Positions 37,777 through 47,000 of a DNA stretch of 64,000 nt are shown here, one piece after another. Below the pieces are notes generated by a model that was not told where the DNA came from, did no database searches, and saw only the letters and a list, made by a program, of their open reading frames with translations. Each line of letters starts with the position of its first letter. Positions within the stretch are counted from its first letter, which is position 1. Source of the stretch: Longimicrobiales bacterium (lineage in GTDB: Bacteria > Gemmatimonadota > Gemmatimonadetes > Longimicrobiales > Gaopeijiaceae); assembly GCA_965202985.1 (NCBI GenBank), contig CBDBCF010000001.1:2016001-2080000 (forward strand), in the 5' to 3' direction. A program made the translations under genes and the position numbers.

Positions 37777-38400
37777 ATGAAGAAACGCACGCGAACCCAG
37801 TGGAAGCTGCTGGCGGCGCTGAGCGCGCTCCTGGCCGTCGCGGCTTGCGACGACACCGTCCGACCGGTCCAAGACGACGGGCTGACCGAGGCCGAGGTCG
37901 TGGCGCTGGTGGACGGTTTGGCCGCAGTCGGCGGCCTGACCGGGGTCGCCGCCGCCACTCCCGTCGTCGACCCACCAGCCATCGACTGCCCCCTGGGCGG
38001 CAAGGTGGACCTCTTGCGCAGGGTCATCGCCGACACGGTGACCACCCCGCTTCTGGTCCTGCGCTCCGATCTGGTCATGACGCCGCACGACTGCCGGTTC
38101 GAGGCTCGGGGGGTGACCTTCACCGCCAACGGTGCGCCCGACGTACGCCAAGTCGGCCGCATCAGGATCACCGGCCAGTACGAGAAGGTGGAGGTGGACT
38201 GGGAGATCGCAGGCGCGGTGGACTGGGAGACAAGCTCTCCCGCCCGGCACGGCAAGTGCTCGCTGGACCTCGACCTGACAGGAGAGGCCGACGTGCCGAC
38301 CGCCGAGTCGAGCGACGCGGTGGTGGTCTTTCGGGGCGTCCTGTCGGGCACCGCCTGCGACAAGGCCGTCAACCTGCCGCTGAACTCCAGTGGGAGCTGA
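37777..38400 (+). CDS. hypothetical lipoprotein
   Basis: AAAGGA RBS; MKKRTRTQWKLLAALSALLAVAA-C lipobox; four further Cys. Confidence 0.8.
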   Translation: MKKRTRTQWKLLAALSALLAVAACDDTVRPVQDDGLTEAEVVALVDGLAAVGGLTGVAAATPVVDPPAIDCPLGGKVDLLRRVIADTVTTPLLVLRSDLVMTPHDCRFEARGVTFTANGAPDVRQVGRIRITGQYEKVEVDWEIAGAVDWETSSPARHGKCSLDLDLTGEADVPTAESSDAVVVFRGVLSGTACDKAVNLPLNSSGS

Positions 38401-38426
38401 GAAACCTGTTCGCGAACCGCGAGTAG

Positions 38427-38838
38427 AAACGCACGCGAACCCTCATGGGCCTGCCGGCCGCGCTGATCGCGTCCTGGCCGTTGGCGGCCTGCGACGACGA
38501 CTCCGCCGGACCCGCCGGCGACGACACGCTGACCGACGAAGAGGTCGTGGCGCTGGTGGACGGGCTGACTGCGGTCGCCGGCCTGATCGGCGCCGATGCC
38601 GCGACCCCCGTCGTCGACCAGCCGGCGGTCCAGTGCCCCATGGCCGGCACCATGGGGTTTTCGGCACGAGTCACCCCCCGACAGTACCGCGACGACCCGA
38701 ACCATACGCACCGAACTCGTCGTGACGCCGCAGAACCGCCGGTTCACGGCCCGGGGCGCAACCTTAACCGCCAACGGCGCGCCCGATGTGCGCCAAGTCG
38801 GCGAAGTCACGATCGTCGGCTTGTCCGAGCGGGTCGGC
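38427..38838 (+). pseudogene. degenerate 5' portion of another paralog of the 37777-38400 lipoprotein
   Basis: AAACGCACGCGAACC start region without the ATG; LAACDDD...LTDEEVVALVDGL; frameshift near 38680; RFTARGATLTANGAPDVRQVG; then truncated. Confidence 0.75.
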
Positions 38839-38879
38839 GGAAGCTGACGCCGGTGCCGCCACCGGTTGCCCCGGTGCGA

Positions 38880-39250
38880 CGGAGTCCCGCCCAAGGGACC
38901 CGTCGATCTCGCAGATTCCGCTGTCGCCCGCCGACGCCTGGGGAGTGGTGGAGGACGGGCGGGTCGTCGGGGCTCGGGTCGCCGGCTGCCAACTGGAGTG
39001 GATCGGGCCGGCCGGGTCCACGACCCGCGGCCCTCCCGTCGAGTACGAGCGCATCGCCATCGGAACGCCCGAGAAGGAGGCGTGACGGGACTCCCGGGCC
39101 GAGACCGGCGGCGGCATGAGCATCTCCGTTCGCCGACGGCAGCGGGAGCCTCCAGTTTCTCCGTGAGTCGCGGCGGGTCGTCCGAAGACGAGCAGGACCT
39201 GTACAGCTACTCGTGGCCGGACGAACTGCCGCCGTTCTACGGCTCCCATT
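38880..39250 (+). pseudogene. possible internal fragment of a secreted beta-propeller-type protein
   Basis: IPLSPADAWGVVEDGRVV...EWIGPAG...GPPVEYERIAIG, then YSWPDELPPF in another frame; no start or signal. Confidence 0.35.
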
Positions 39251-39322
39251 CCAATCGATCCTCGCGGGCGGGCGTGGGTTGGAGGACCCGCGGCCGCGCC
39301 GAAGCCCCGCCGGCGTATAGAG

Positions 39323-39508
39323 CGATCGATGCCCGGCGGGAAGTAGGGCAGGATGAACTTGGTGAGTCCCCGCTTGCTCCCCCTGGTAGGGAAATGGGTG
39401 TGGGACCGCCGGGCCGGCCGTGGTCTTCGCTTCCAGTCTGCTCATGTCTCCGTCGCTCCTTCCTGGGGTACGTCGCGTCCCACTGAACCGGTATCGTCCG
39501 TAGCCCCG
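39323..39508 (-). pseudogene. diverged, frameshifted duplicate of the 5' end of the Dam-like MTase (direct repeat of 36865-37050)
   Basis: MSRLEAKTTAGPAVPHPFPYQG, then an extra base in the C-run (CTCCCCCTGG vs CTCCCCTGG); about 185 bp colinear. Confidence 0.85.
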
Positions 39509-39524
39509 AGAACTTCAAGCCAGT

Positions 39525-40202
39525 TCATCGGTCATCGGCGGTACACAGATGGGCCACAATCTTCGACGACAGGAACGGATAGGCGCGCGAGTCGAGCTGC
39601 CGTGCCAACCGCTCGGGAACCTCGGTGTCCGTTGTCTGCAAGCGTGCCGCCGCCCCGCCTGGACCACGCACGGGTATCCTCGGAACGCCCGGCAGCATGC
39701 GCCCGACCGTTCGGTACTCTTCTTCAACGCCGTCCATCCCGCCCACAAACACCGCCCCAGCAACGCGTCCGAAGCTCAGCATCTGCTTCCGCATCGTCTT
39801 CAAGGTGTTGTCCAGGTCTCGGCGCTTGTTCGTCCAGTGGATTCTCCCATAGCCAAGGTCCACAAGTCTCCGAGTTTCCGGCGTGACCTGCTCTCGGAAC
39901 CACTCCGATTGGAAGATGTCGACCGAGTGCTTGGCATCATGCTCCATGGCGATCGCCAGCACGAGTGGCGTGATGGCAGGGTGGCCTCCGACCAGCAACC
40001 TGCCGTCCCGGGACAGAACAGCTCGTAACAGCGCTGTCACAGCATCGGCGACTGCAGACGGGTCGTAGGGCCGGACCGCCCTTCCGCGCTCACCGGAAGG
40101 AAAGCTCGCTGACAGAAAGACGTACCGTCCTCCAAGGGAATTCATCGCCAATCTGTCACCTCCTGGGCCCGGGTGTGGGTTCAGGGCGTCCCGCAGGGTC
40201 AT
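39525..40202 (-). CDS. SLOG cluster 3-like domain protein
   Basis: VFLSASFP, LLVGGHPAITPLV, IFQSEWF, AVFVGGMDGVEEEY, PGGAA. Start is 40202 or 40145. Confidence 0.8.
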   Translation of the reverse strand: MTLRDALNPHPGPGGDRLAMNSLGGRYVFLSASFPSGERGRAVRPYDPSAVADAVTALLRAVLSRDGRLLVGGHPAITPLVLAIAMEHDAKHSVDIFQSEWFREQVTPETRRLVDLGYGRIHWTNKRRDLDNTLKTMRKQMLSFGRVAGAVFVGGMDGVEEEYRTVGRMLPGVPRIPVRGPGGAAARLQTTDTEVPERLARQLDSRAYPFLSSKIVAHLCTADDR

Positions 40203-40205
40203 TCA

Positions 40206-41045
40206 CTAACGCCTGCCATGTTTGACGATGTAGCCTGCGATATCCTTTGCAGCTTTTATTGCCGTCGCCCGAGAACTCCCAACGCAGAAGATCAACTCGA
40301 ACATCGGCGTGTTATTTGGCATGCGGAGGGTTGCCGAGTCTTCCAGAAATCGATTACCGTACAGCTCTCGTAGACGATTCTTGTATGTCTGAAGGAGCGC
40401 GCTGGTGCCTTTTTGTCTCTCGTCCTGGTCGTCCCGCCCACTAAACAGTCTATACTGTGGGTTGGGTCGGTACAGGTTTCGCCAGCTCTCATCTCCGTAG
40501 ACCCGCTTTAGGATACTTCCATGTTTTTCCGGCACGCCTTTTCGAGTCAGCAGGCGCATGACTGCCATGGTAGGAAACAGTATCCAGGTGTCGAGTGCTT
40601 CGAAGCTCGCAACTTTTTCGATTGTGAGCCATTCTACCTCCGTAGCGAACGGATCGAGAAACAAGACGCCCCTGTGCGTTTTCCAGTCGCGGGAAAGACT
40701 CTGCAGAAAGCAATTGGCATCCTTGTTCACAATTTCAATTCGTTTGTCTTCGTTCACGTTCATTCGCTCCTCCAGTTCCTTGCATCGGCGCGCGTCTTTC
40801 TCGACGAGCAGAATCTCGTCGAATCGTCTGTCAGACACGCGCTTGGCCCTTATGGCTGATCCCTCTAGGAACTGCCTTTCTTCTTTGTCATTTCTTCCAA
40901 GATTGATAGTCCCGGAGCCCGCAAAGGCATCAATGTACATCAGTCGAAAATAGTCCTGGTTCTTGAGAGCGGTGGTGTATGCATCGAGGTACCGTTCCAC
41001 CATGTCGAGCTTGTCTTTAGTCCAGTCGCCGCCGAATCTGCCCAT
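40206..41045 (-). CDS. tcmP: three-Cys-motif partner protein (methyltransferase-like fold)
   Basis: WTKDKL...YLDAY, YIDAFAGSG, DAN, LFLDPF; adjacent to DUF5131; low GC. Confidence 0.88.
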   Translation of the reverse strand: MGRFGGDWTKDKLDMVERYLDAYTTALKNQDYFRLMYIDAFAGSGTINLGRNDKEERQFLEGSAIRAKRVSDRRFDEILLVEKDARRCKELEERMNVNEDKRIEIVNKDANCFLQSLSRDWKTHRGVLFLDPFATEVEWLTIEKVASFEALDTWILFPTMAVMRLLTRKGVPEKHGSILKRVYGDESWRNLYRPNPQYRLFSGRDDQDERQKGTSALLQTYKNRLRELYGNRFLEDSATLRMPNNTPMFELIFCVGSSRATAIKAAKDIAGYIVKHGRR

Positions 41046-41072
41046 GGCTCAGTATCCTTTGCGTGTCAGTGG

Positions 41073-41921
41073 TCAGCGGATCTCGCCGATTCTCGGAAAA
41101 CCGTCCCAGGTCGTACCGTCGAGCTCCCGGCCACCCGCCTTCGGTGTCCGACCGCCCCACTGCTTGAAGAAGAACGGTACGCCGCTTGCGGTGCAGTCGT
41201 CCCGGACGGTGCGCGCCCACTCGGGAGCCATCTGACGGGCATCATGGCCGCTCTCGCCCCCGACGATAACCCAGTGGAGCCCCGGGGAGGCGTCCTTGGC
41301 ACCGAGGCCGGAAAGCCTGCCACTGGCAGGGGCGTCGCTACGGGCGGCGTCGCGGCCGCGCAGAAAGCCGGACAGGTCCAGCGGCCCGATCAGGGGCTCG
41401 CAGCTCAGGAAGCGCACGGCGGCTGGGACGGCCAGCAGGTGCCGTACCCGATAGGCCACCGACTGGTCCTCGACGGACGTGCCGATCCAGATGTGGGACG
41501 GGAGCCCGGCCGGGAACAGGTCGGCGTTGCGTCGGACGAACTTGGCGGCCCTGGCGGGGCGCTTCGTCAGGACTTGGTAGACGTGACGGCCGATGTCGAG
41601 CATCACCTGGAAGCAGCGTCGGACGAACTCCTCCGGGACCTCCTTGTGGAAGAGGTCCGACATGGAGTTGACGAAGACGCGGCGGGGCCGTCGCCACGAC
41701 GCTGGGATCGGCAGGCGATCCGGCCAGAGGCGGACGGCGAAGGGGTTCCGTCGGTTCGCCGCCGTGTTGACCACGGGCAGGCGGGCGCGATAGGTGGTCG
41801 CCAGCAGGCGGTTCGACAGGCGCTCGGCGTAGCAGTGGTCGCAGCCGGCCGAGATGGGCGTGCATCCCGTGGTGGGGTTCCAGGTGGCGTCGGTCCACTC
41901 GATGGCGGTGCGTTCGGGCAA
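41073..41921 (-). CDS. DUF5131 / phage Gp37-Gp68 family protein (three-Cys motif)
   Basis: IEWTDATWNPTTGC-x6-C-x2-CYA, FVNSMSDLFH, LTKR, FLSCEPL, WVIVGGESG, FFFKQWGG; AGGAG RBS and TTG start. Confidence 0.95.
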   Translation of the reverse strand: MPERTAIEWTDATWNPTTGCTPISAGCDHCYAERLSNRLLATTYRARLPVVNTAANRRNPFAVRLWPDRLPIPASWRRPRRVFVNSMSDLFHKEVPEEFVRRCFQVMLDIGRHVYQVLTKRPARAAKFVRRNADLFPAGLPSHIWIGTSVEDQSVAYRVRHLLAVPAAVRFLSCEPLIGPLDLSGFLRGRDAARSDAPASGRLSGLGAKDASPGLHWVIVGGESGHDARQMAPEWARTVRDDCTASGVPFFFKQWGGRTPKAGGRELDGTTWDGFPRIGEIR

Positions 41922-41977
41922 GGACGGCTCCTAGGGCGGCGGGTCACCGGGGGCTGGCTCGGCGGCCCGGTATCCGA

Positions 41978-42006
41978 AAGGTAGTTGTTCGGCTTTTGTT
42001 CGGCAA
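41978..42006 (-). promoter_or_regulatory. sigma70-type promoter with an overlapping GAAC-N7-GAAC direct-repeat operator
   Basis: Minus strand reads TTGCCG-AACAAAAGCCGAACAAC(17)-TACCTT; GCCGAACAA occurs twice with 11-bp period. Confidence 0.6.
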
Positions 42007-42049
42007 CCAGATTGGCGGTGGACTGACCCGGTTTCGTGCAGTTCGAACT

Positions 42050-42102
42050 CCGTCAAATCGCAGGTAAAGCGCGTCGGCGTTCTTGGCGACACGTAGCTTC
42101 AT
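42050..42102 (-). pseudogene. truncated DUF2283-like fragment
   Basis: MKLRVAKNADALYLRFD resembles the DUF2283 N-terminus; similarity is lost immediately afterwards. Confidence 0.5.
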
Positions 42103-42214
42103 GGGGTTGCTCGAGATGACCGCCGGTAGGCCGCGGCCCACGAGTTCGAGGTGTCGGTGATCACGTTCCGGGACTTGGGACAAGCAGGCCGCCATCGACG
42201 GACGTTGCCTCTGC

Positions 42215-42805
42215 CTATCCGTTCGCCAACTGCATCGCCCAAACGCCAATAATCGTTACAGCTCCTAGCAGCAGACCACTTCGCAGGCAATTGAAAGCGG
42301 CGACATTCCAGTTGTGCTTCTTGGTATTCGCCAATTCCTGACAAAACACCTCATTAGAAAGTACGCTTGCGTCTCGTATTCCACGAAATTCAAATTCTGT
42401 CCCTTTGCCAAACATCTTGGAAGTCTGATTTGCTTTCAACGTGATGTACCATCCAATCAATACATACGCTAGTGAGAAAAATAGTCCAACAATTCCAACC
42501 CATGTCCAGTCGATCGGATGAGAAAGGGTAACCAACAGTCCGGCAAAAGCAAGTATTCCCAGCAATCTCTGCCCTAGTCTGTCAGTCTTCGCCTCGATCG
42601 ACTCAGCTCGTTCATGTTCCTGTTCAAGCCGCGTCTTCAACACCCACAGCGGAATGGCCTCATAAGGCGATGTTTCATTATTAATACGTGAATCGATATC
42701 GTGATTCGCTCGCCAAGCTTTCCAAAATGGCATCACCCAATCCCAGAGGCCCTTCATCCAGAACACTACTCGGGCACCAAGGCGCCTCAAATTCGCCCTA
42801 AGCAT
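42215..42805 (-). CDS. 3-TM membrane protein with Pycsar-effector-like topology
   Basis: EHERAESIEAK helix, then two TM segments, a soluble loop, a Q...N..K helix and a third TM. Start overlaps the ATP-grasp stop; low GC. Confidence 0.7.
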   Translation of the reverse strand: MLRANLRRLGARVVFWMKGLWDWVMPFWKAWRANHDIDSRINNETSPYEAIPLWVLKTRLEQEHERAESIEAKTDRLGQRLLGILAFAGLLVTLSHPIDWTWVGIVGLFFSLAYVLIGWYITLKANQTSKMFGKGTEFEFRGIRDASVLSNEVFCQELANTKKHNWNVAAFNCLRSGLLLGAVTIIGVWAMQLANG

Positions 42806-43754
42806 TCGCTGGTGCCAACCAAGTTGCTAGGGCAACATCGATTGGCCGATCGTCGTTTGCCAGCCAGCTCCATTCGCCTGTCGGGTTGATCTCAATGAAG
42901 AAAATGCCCTTGTTGTTTTCGGCGAGGTCTATGGCTGCAAACGACAAGCCCAAGTTCCGAACAAGTTCTCGGCACTTGTGCTCAATGTCTGGCGTCAGTC
43001 GGCAGGAATCATAAACAAGTTGATTCTTGGGGATCACGCGCCAATCGCCTTCTATGCCCTTCTCGTCCTTTAGTACACGAACGGCGAATACATGATCGCC
43101 TACGACAGTAACGCGCAAGTCGTGCTTGTTCTTTATTGCCTGTTGCGCGACCACCGGCGCGGTTGCGATGGTGGCATCAGTCAGTCGATCCCGCTGAAGA
43201 ATCGTGGTATACGTGAACAAGCTTTGCTCGCCCTCAGTCAGCAGCACCGTATCTAGGGACTTGATTGCTAGCTCTGTCGGAAAGACGGCGTCGATGCTTT
43301 CTACGTCATTGGTGACCAAGGTACGTGGTACGCGAAACCCCACTCGATCAGCCGCCGCCAATTGATAAGGTTTGGATTCTGCTTGATATGTTGCAGACGG
43401 GTGGTTCATCCAGCGAGCCTCCTCAAACACTGACAGTGACCTAAGAAATGCCATCCATTGCGACCTGTCCAGTTGCTCGCTCACAGACAATGGAACACCG
43501 GGCGAATTCCTGTGAAAAATCGGAGCTCTATACCACACCGACTTTAGATTCTCGACAGAATGTCGTCCGACTGGTCCACTGATCTGCATCAGCGGCCCCA
43601 AGGGGTCGACAGTTATCCGATGTCTTGCCAAGTCTTCTTTGTTGAGGCGAACATAGGATACGCCCGCCGCTTCCAACCTAGCCGTGACCATGTCGGCGGC
43701 CAGGTCATAAAGACTCGACAAGATGAGAACTTCTGAAGTACTTCCTCCCTTCAC
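42798..43754 (-). CDS. ATP-grasp ligase, RimK-like MvdC/MvdD-type peptide maturase
   Basis: VLILSSLYDLAAD, SVWYRAP, WMNHP, AESKPYQL, GFRVPRTLVTN, QQAI..K.DLRVTVVG, DWR, FAAIDL, FIEINPTGEWSWL. Confidence 0.9.
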   Translation of the reverse strand: MKGGSTSEVLILSSLYDLAADMVTARLEAAGVSYVRLNKEDLARHRITVDPLGPLMQISGPVGRHSVENLKSVWYRAPIFHRNSPGVPLSVSEQLDRSQWMAFLRSLSVFEEARWMNHPSATYQAESKPYQLAAADRVGFRVPRTLVTNDVESIDAVFPTELAIKSLDTVLLTEGEQSLFTYTTILQRDRLTDATIATAPVVAQQAIKNKHDLRVTVVGDHVFAVRVLKDEKGIEGDWRVIPKNQLVYDSCRLTPDIEHKCRELVRNLGLSFAAIDLAENNKGIFFIEINPTGEWSWLANDDRPIDVALATWLAPANA

Positions 43755-43942
43755 GATCCCTTCATGTCCTCGCCGGTCTCGATATCGTGCTTTTTCGTTG
43801 CCGCCCGGTATGCCGGGTTCAGCACCATCGGCTTGCCGTCCTTGACCCAGTAGCCCCGGGCCGAGTCGTAGACAGCGCCGGGGGGCATGTCGACGGTTTC
43901 TCGTGTAGGGTGGCGAGACGCGAGATCGATCAAGATGTGCAT
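43751..43942 (-). CDS. putative graspetide (ATP-grasp-modified RiPP) precursor, 63 aa
   Basis: AAGGAG RBS 6 nt before ATG 43942; MHILIDLASRH...YDSARGYW...AATKKHDIETGEDMKGS; its stop overlaps the ligase start (GTGA). Confidence 0.8.
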   Translation of the reverse strand: MHILIDLASRHPTRETVDMPPGAVYDSARGYWVKDGKPMVLNPAYRAATKKHDIETGEDMKGS

Positions 43943-44057
43943 TGTCATCTCCTTGGTGAAGGTCGGCGTGCGTCGTCCATCCACTACAATAACATGCGTG
44001 TCAAGGGGCAGGGCTGGCGCAAGCCGGAGGGTAAGATGGCGTCTCCGTACGCTGTTC

Positions 44058-47000
44058 TTAAACGTCAAGCCCTCTCAGGTGCTCAGTCAAGCGGGTGCGG
44101 TACGCCGCCGGCAGCGCGGCGTGCGTGAAGTCCTTGTAGATCACTTCGAGGTCGTCGGGGCCGAGACCCCAGGCCCGGGCCACGCGGGCGTCGATTTCCA
44201 GGCGCAGCTCCGTGCGGTCGGCGTCCAGCAGCGGGCCGTACTCCACGCCGGTCTCGCGGGCGAAGTCGGCGAAACGGTCGTCCACGGCGGACAGACGGGC
44301 GGCGGCTCCGGCGATCTGGGCGAAGTCGTCGTCGGTCAGGGAAGGCACGTAAAGGCTCTCGAGCAGGAAGAAGTTGACGTTCAGTTCGATGAATCGACGG
44401 GCCTGCCAGTCGAAAGGCAGGCTGTTCATGATGCCCAAGCAAGCGGCCCGCGCCAGCCCGTCTTCGGTCGAAAATGACAGATAAGGGGCCTTATTTGTCA
44501 AGAAAACCCCATTCGGGACCAAGCAGGCGATCACGGTGCGCGAATTCGTGCGGTTCGTGACATCTCGAAAGCACAATCTGTCACGGCAGATGTCAGCCAA
44601 GACCGACTGCCTGCGTTCGGCCACGGGCAGGTCCGGCGCAAGGAGCGAACCGGAACCGGGCCTGGGCTTTCGCACCTTGGCCCAGAGCGCGTCGGTCAGC
44701 GGCAGGGACCGCTCGCCGTACCCGTGAGGATCGTACTGGCCGAAGCTCTCGCCCTTCCAGAGACGGGCGTCGCCGTCCCGTCCTGCCCACAGCTTCTTGT
44801 CGTTGGTCTCGTGCAGCTCGGCCACCGGAAAGCAGGACCAACGCCCGTCGGCGCCGCGAGGGAAGAGGCTGCCGGTGCGGACGCGAGCCAGTAGGTCGGC
44901 CTCGGCCTGGGAACGGACCAACGGCGTCTCCCATTCCGGCCCGAAGGTGGACGGGGCCAAGCCGACGCCGGGGCTGGCCGCCTGCTCGACCCACATGCGC
45001 TTGGATTCAGCGGTGCCGGCCACCGACACCAAGTGGTCCGCCGCCGGCAGCCCGCGCTGGGCAACGACCAATGCGATTGAGTATTGCGGGTGCGTGTCGA
45101 ACGCCCACCGTCCCCGGTTCAGCAGGAAGTCCACCCGGCGCGTCGTCGATCCTCGATAGAGCCACTTGCGGAACTCCTTGGAGCCCTTGGCCACGAATGC
45201 GGTCCTGGGCAGCACCACGCCGGCGAACCCGCGCTCGCGCACCAACATCCGGTAGCGCTGGCAGAAGTACTTGTACAGGTCGGGGTCGCCGCCCATCGGA
45301 TCGTAGTCGCTGCGCTCCGGGTCGGGTCCCGCCAGGGCTTGCCGATAGTTGCGAGCCTGCGCTTGCCGAGCCTCCAGCCTTTCCTCCAACTCCGGCCGCT
45401 CCCGCATCAATTCCCCCACCCACTCCCGCCGCTCCTTCTCAGCCAAAGCCGCGATCCCAGGACGGTACAGCCCGTAGAACGACAGCTCCTCGACCGTCAC
45501 TTCCTCCCAGGGCGGGTTGCCGACCACCACGTCGAACCCCGGCGACGACCGCGAGAACACCTGCGGGAACGCCAGCGGCCAGTGGAGGAAGCAATGCCGG
45601 TCGGCCAGCTCGCGGGCTCGGCGCACGAGCGCGGTCTGGGGTTTGCCCGAGATTACGGCCACGCCGTTGGTCGCCACATCTTCGCGCGCGCCAGCCAGTC
45701 CGAACTGCTCCGCCGTCCACAGGTCGAAGAGCCGCTTCATCCCCTCGGTTGCGTCCGACGCCTCTTGGTCCGCCGCTTGGCTGGCCGCGTACTCTTCGGG
45801 CGTGCGGTCGTCGATCTCGGCCAACTTGTGCACCGCCGCCGCGGCCTCGTTCAGCGCTTGCCGCAACGGCTCCCGGAACAGCGGGGCTTCGTCCAGCAGC
45901 GGCTTCGGGTCGCCCACGCCGATCAAGGCGTCGCCCACGACCACGTTCCGTCCCAAGTACGCCAGCGACAGGCCGGGCACGAACGACGCCAGCCACAGCG
46001 ACAGCGCCGCCACCTCGACGCCCATCGCGCTCCGGTCCACGCCGAAGACGCAGTGCTTGACGATCAGACGGCGGAGCAGGGCCGCGTCTTCGCACGCCAC
46101 GCCGGGGGACGCGCGGCTGCGCAGTCGTTCCAGCGCATCCAGCAACGGCGGCAGGGGGTGCTCGGCCAGGAAGCGCACGGTCATCTCGGCCAGGGCGTCC
46201 GCGACCTGCACAAGGAAGTGCGCGCTGCCGCACGCCGGGTCCACGACCGCGAACGACAGCAGAAGCTTGGCCGCCGCCTCCGGGTCCGTTTTCGCCTGCT
46301 CCGCCACTTGCGCCAAGTGCTTCTTGAACGGCGGCTCCACGGCTCCCTTCACCAAGTGGCGCACGATCTCGACCGGCGTGTAGTAGACGCCTTCCTCCTT
46401 GCGACCGCCCGCGTGGGTCTGCCAGAGCAGGCCGCCCGGCTTCACTTCCGCCGCGCCCGGCGACGGCGCGCTCACGTAGCGGTCCTTCTTGGCGTCGTAG
46501 CGCAGCGGGCGGGCGGCCAGCGACAGGCGCAGGCCCAGCAGGGACTCGTAGGTGTGGCCGATGTGGGCGATCTCCAGCGTCGAAAAGTCCGCTCCCCTCC
46601 CTTGCTCGGCGTCGTGGCCGACAGCCGACAGTACGCGCCCGAACTCGGGGTCGCGCAGCTCCATCCGCTCCAGCAGCTCGGCGCCCGCGAAGTCCTCGGC
46701 CGCGAAGAGGGCGCCGTTGTAGGCGGGCACGTCCCAGGCCGGATTGCCGGATCGCATCGCCTTGACCAGCCGCGTGAACCCGTTCCACAGCGCGGACGAC
46801 GCCGGGCTTAGCTTGCCCTTGGTCGCGTGGGCCTCGGTTACAAGCTCCGACAGCGACGCCTTGCGGTAGGACTCGTTGTTCATCGGCAGATGGCCGGCGG
46901 CTTCCGCAAAGAGGATGAACACGGCGCGGAACACCAGCGTCATCGCGGCCTTCTCCAGCTTGTCGCGCTGGGTGTCGTCGTGCAGGTCCAGGCCGTGCTC

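Noticed and set aside
42310..43800. TKKH tetrapeptide shared by the precursor core and the TM protein
   Set aside because: Four residues is too short to distinguish from chance without homolog conservation.
43975..44005. TTGACA upstream of the precursor gene
   Set aside because: No acceptable -10 hexamer at 16-18 nt spacing.
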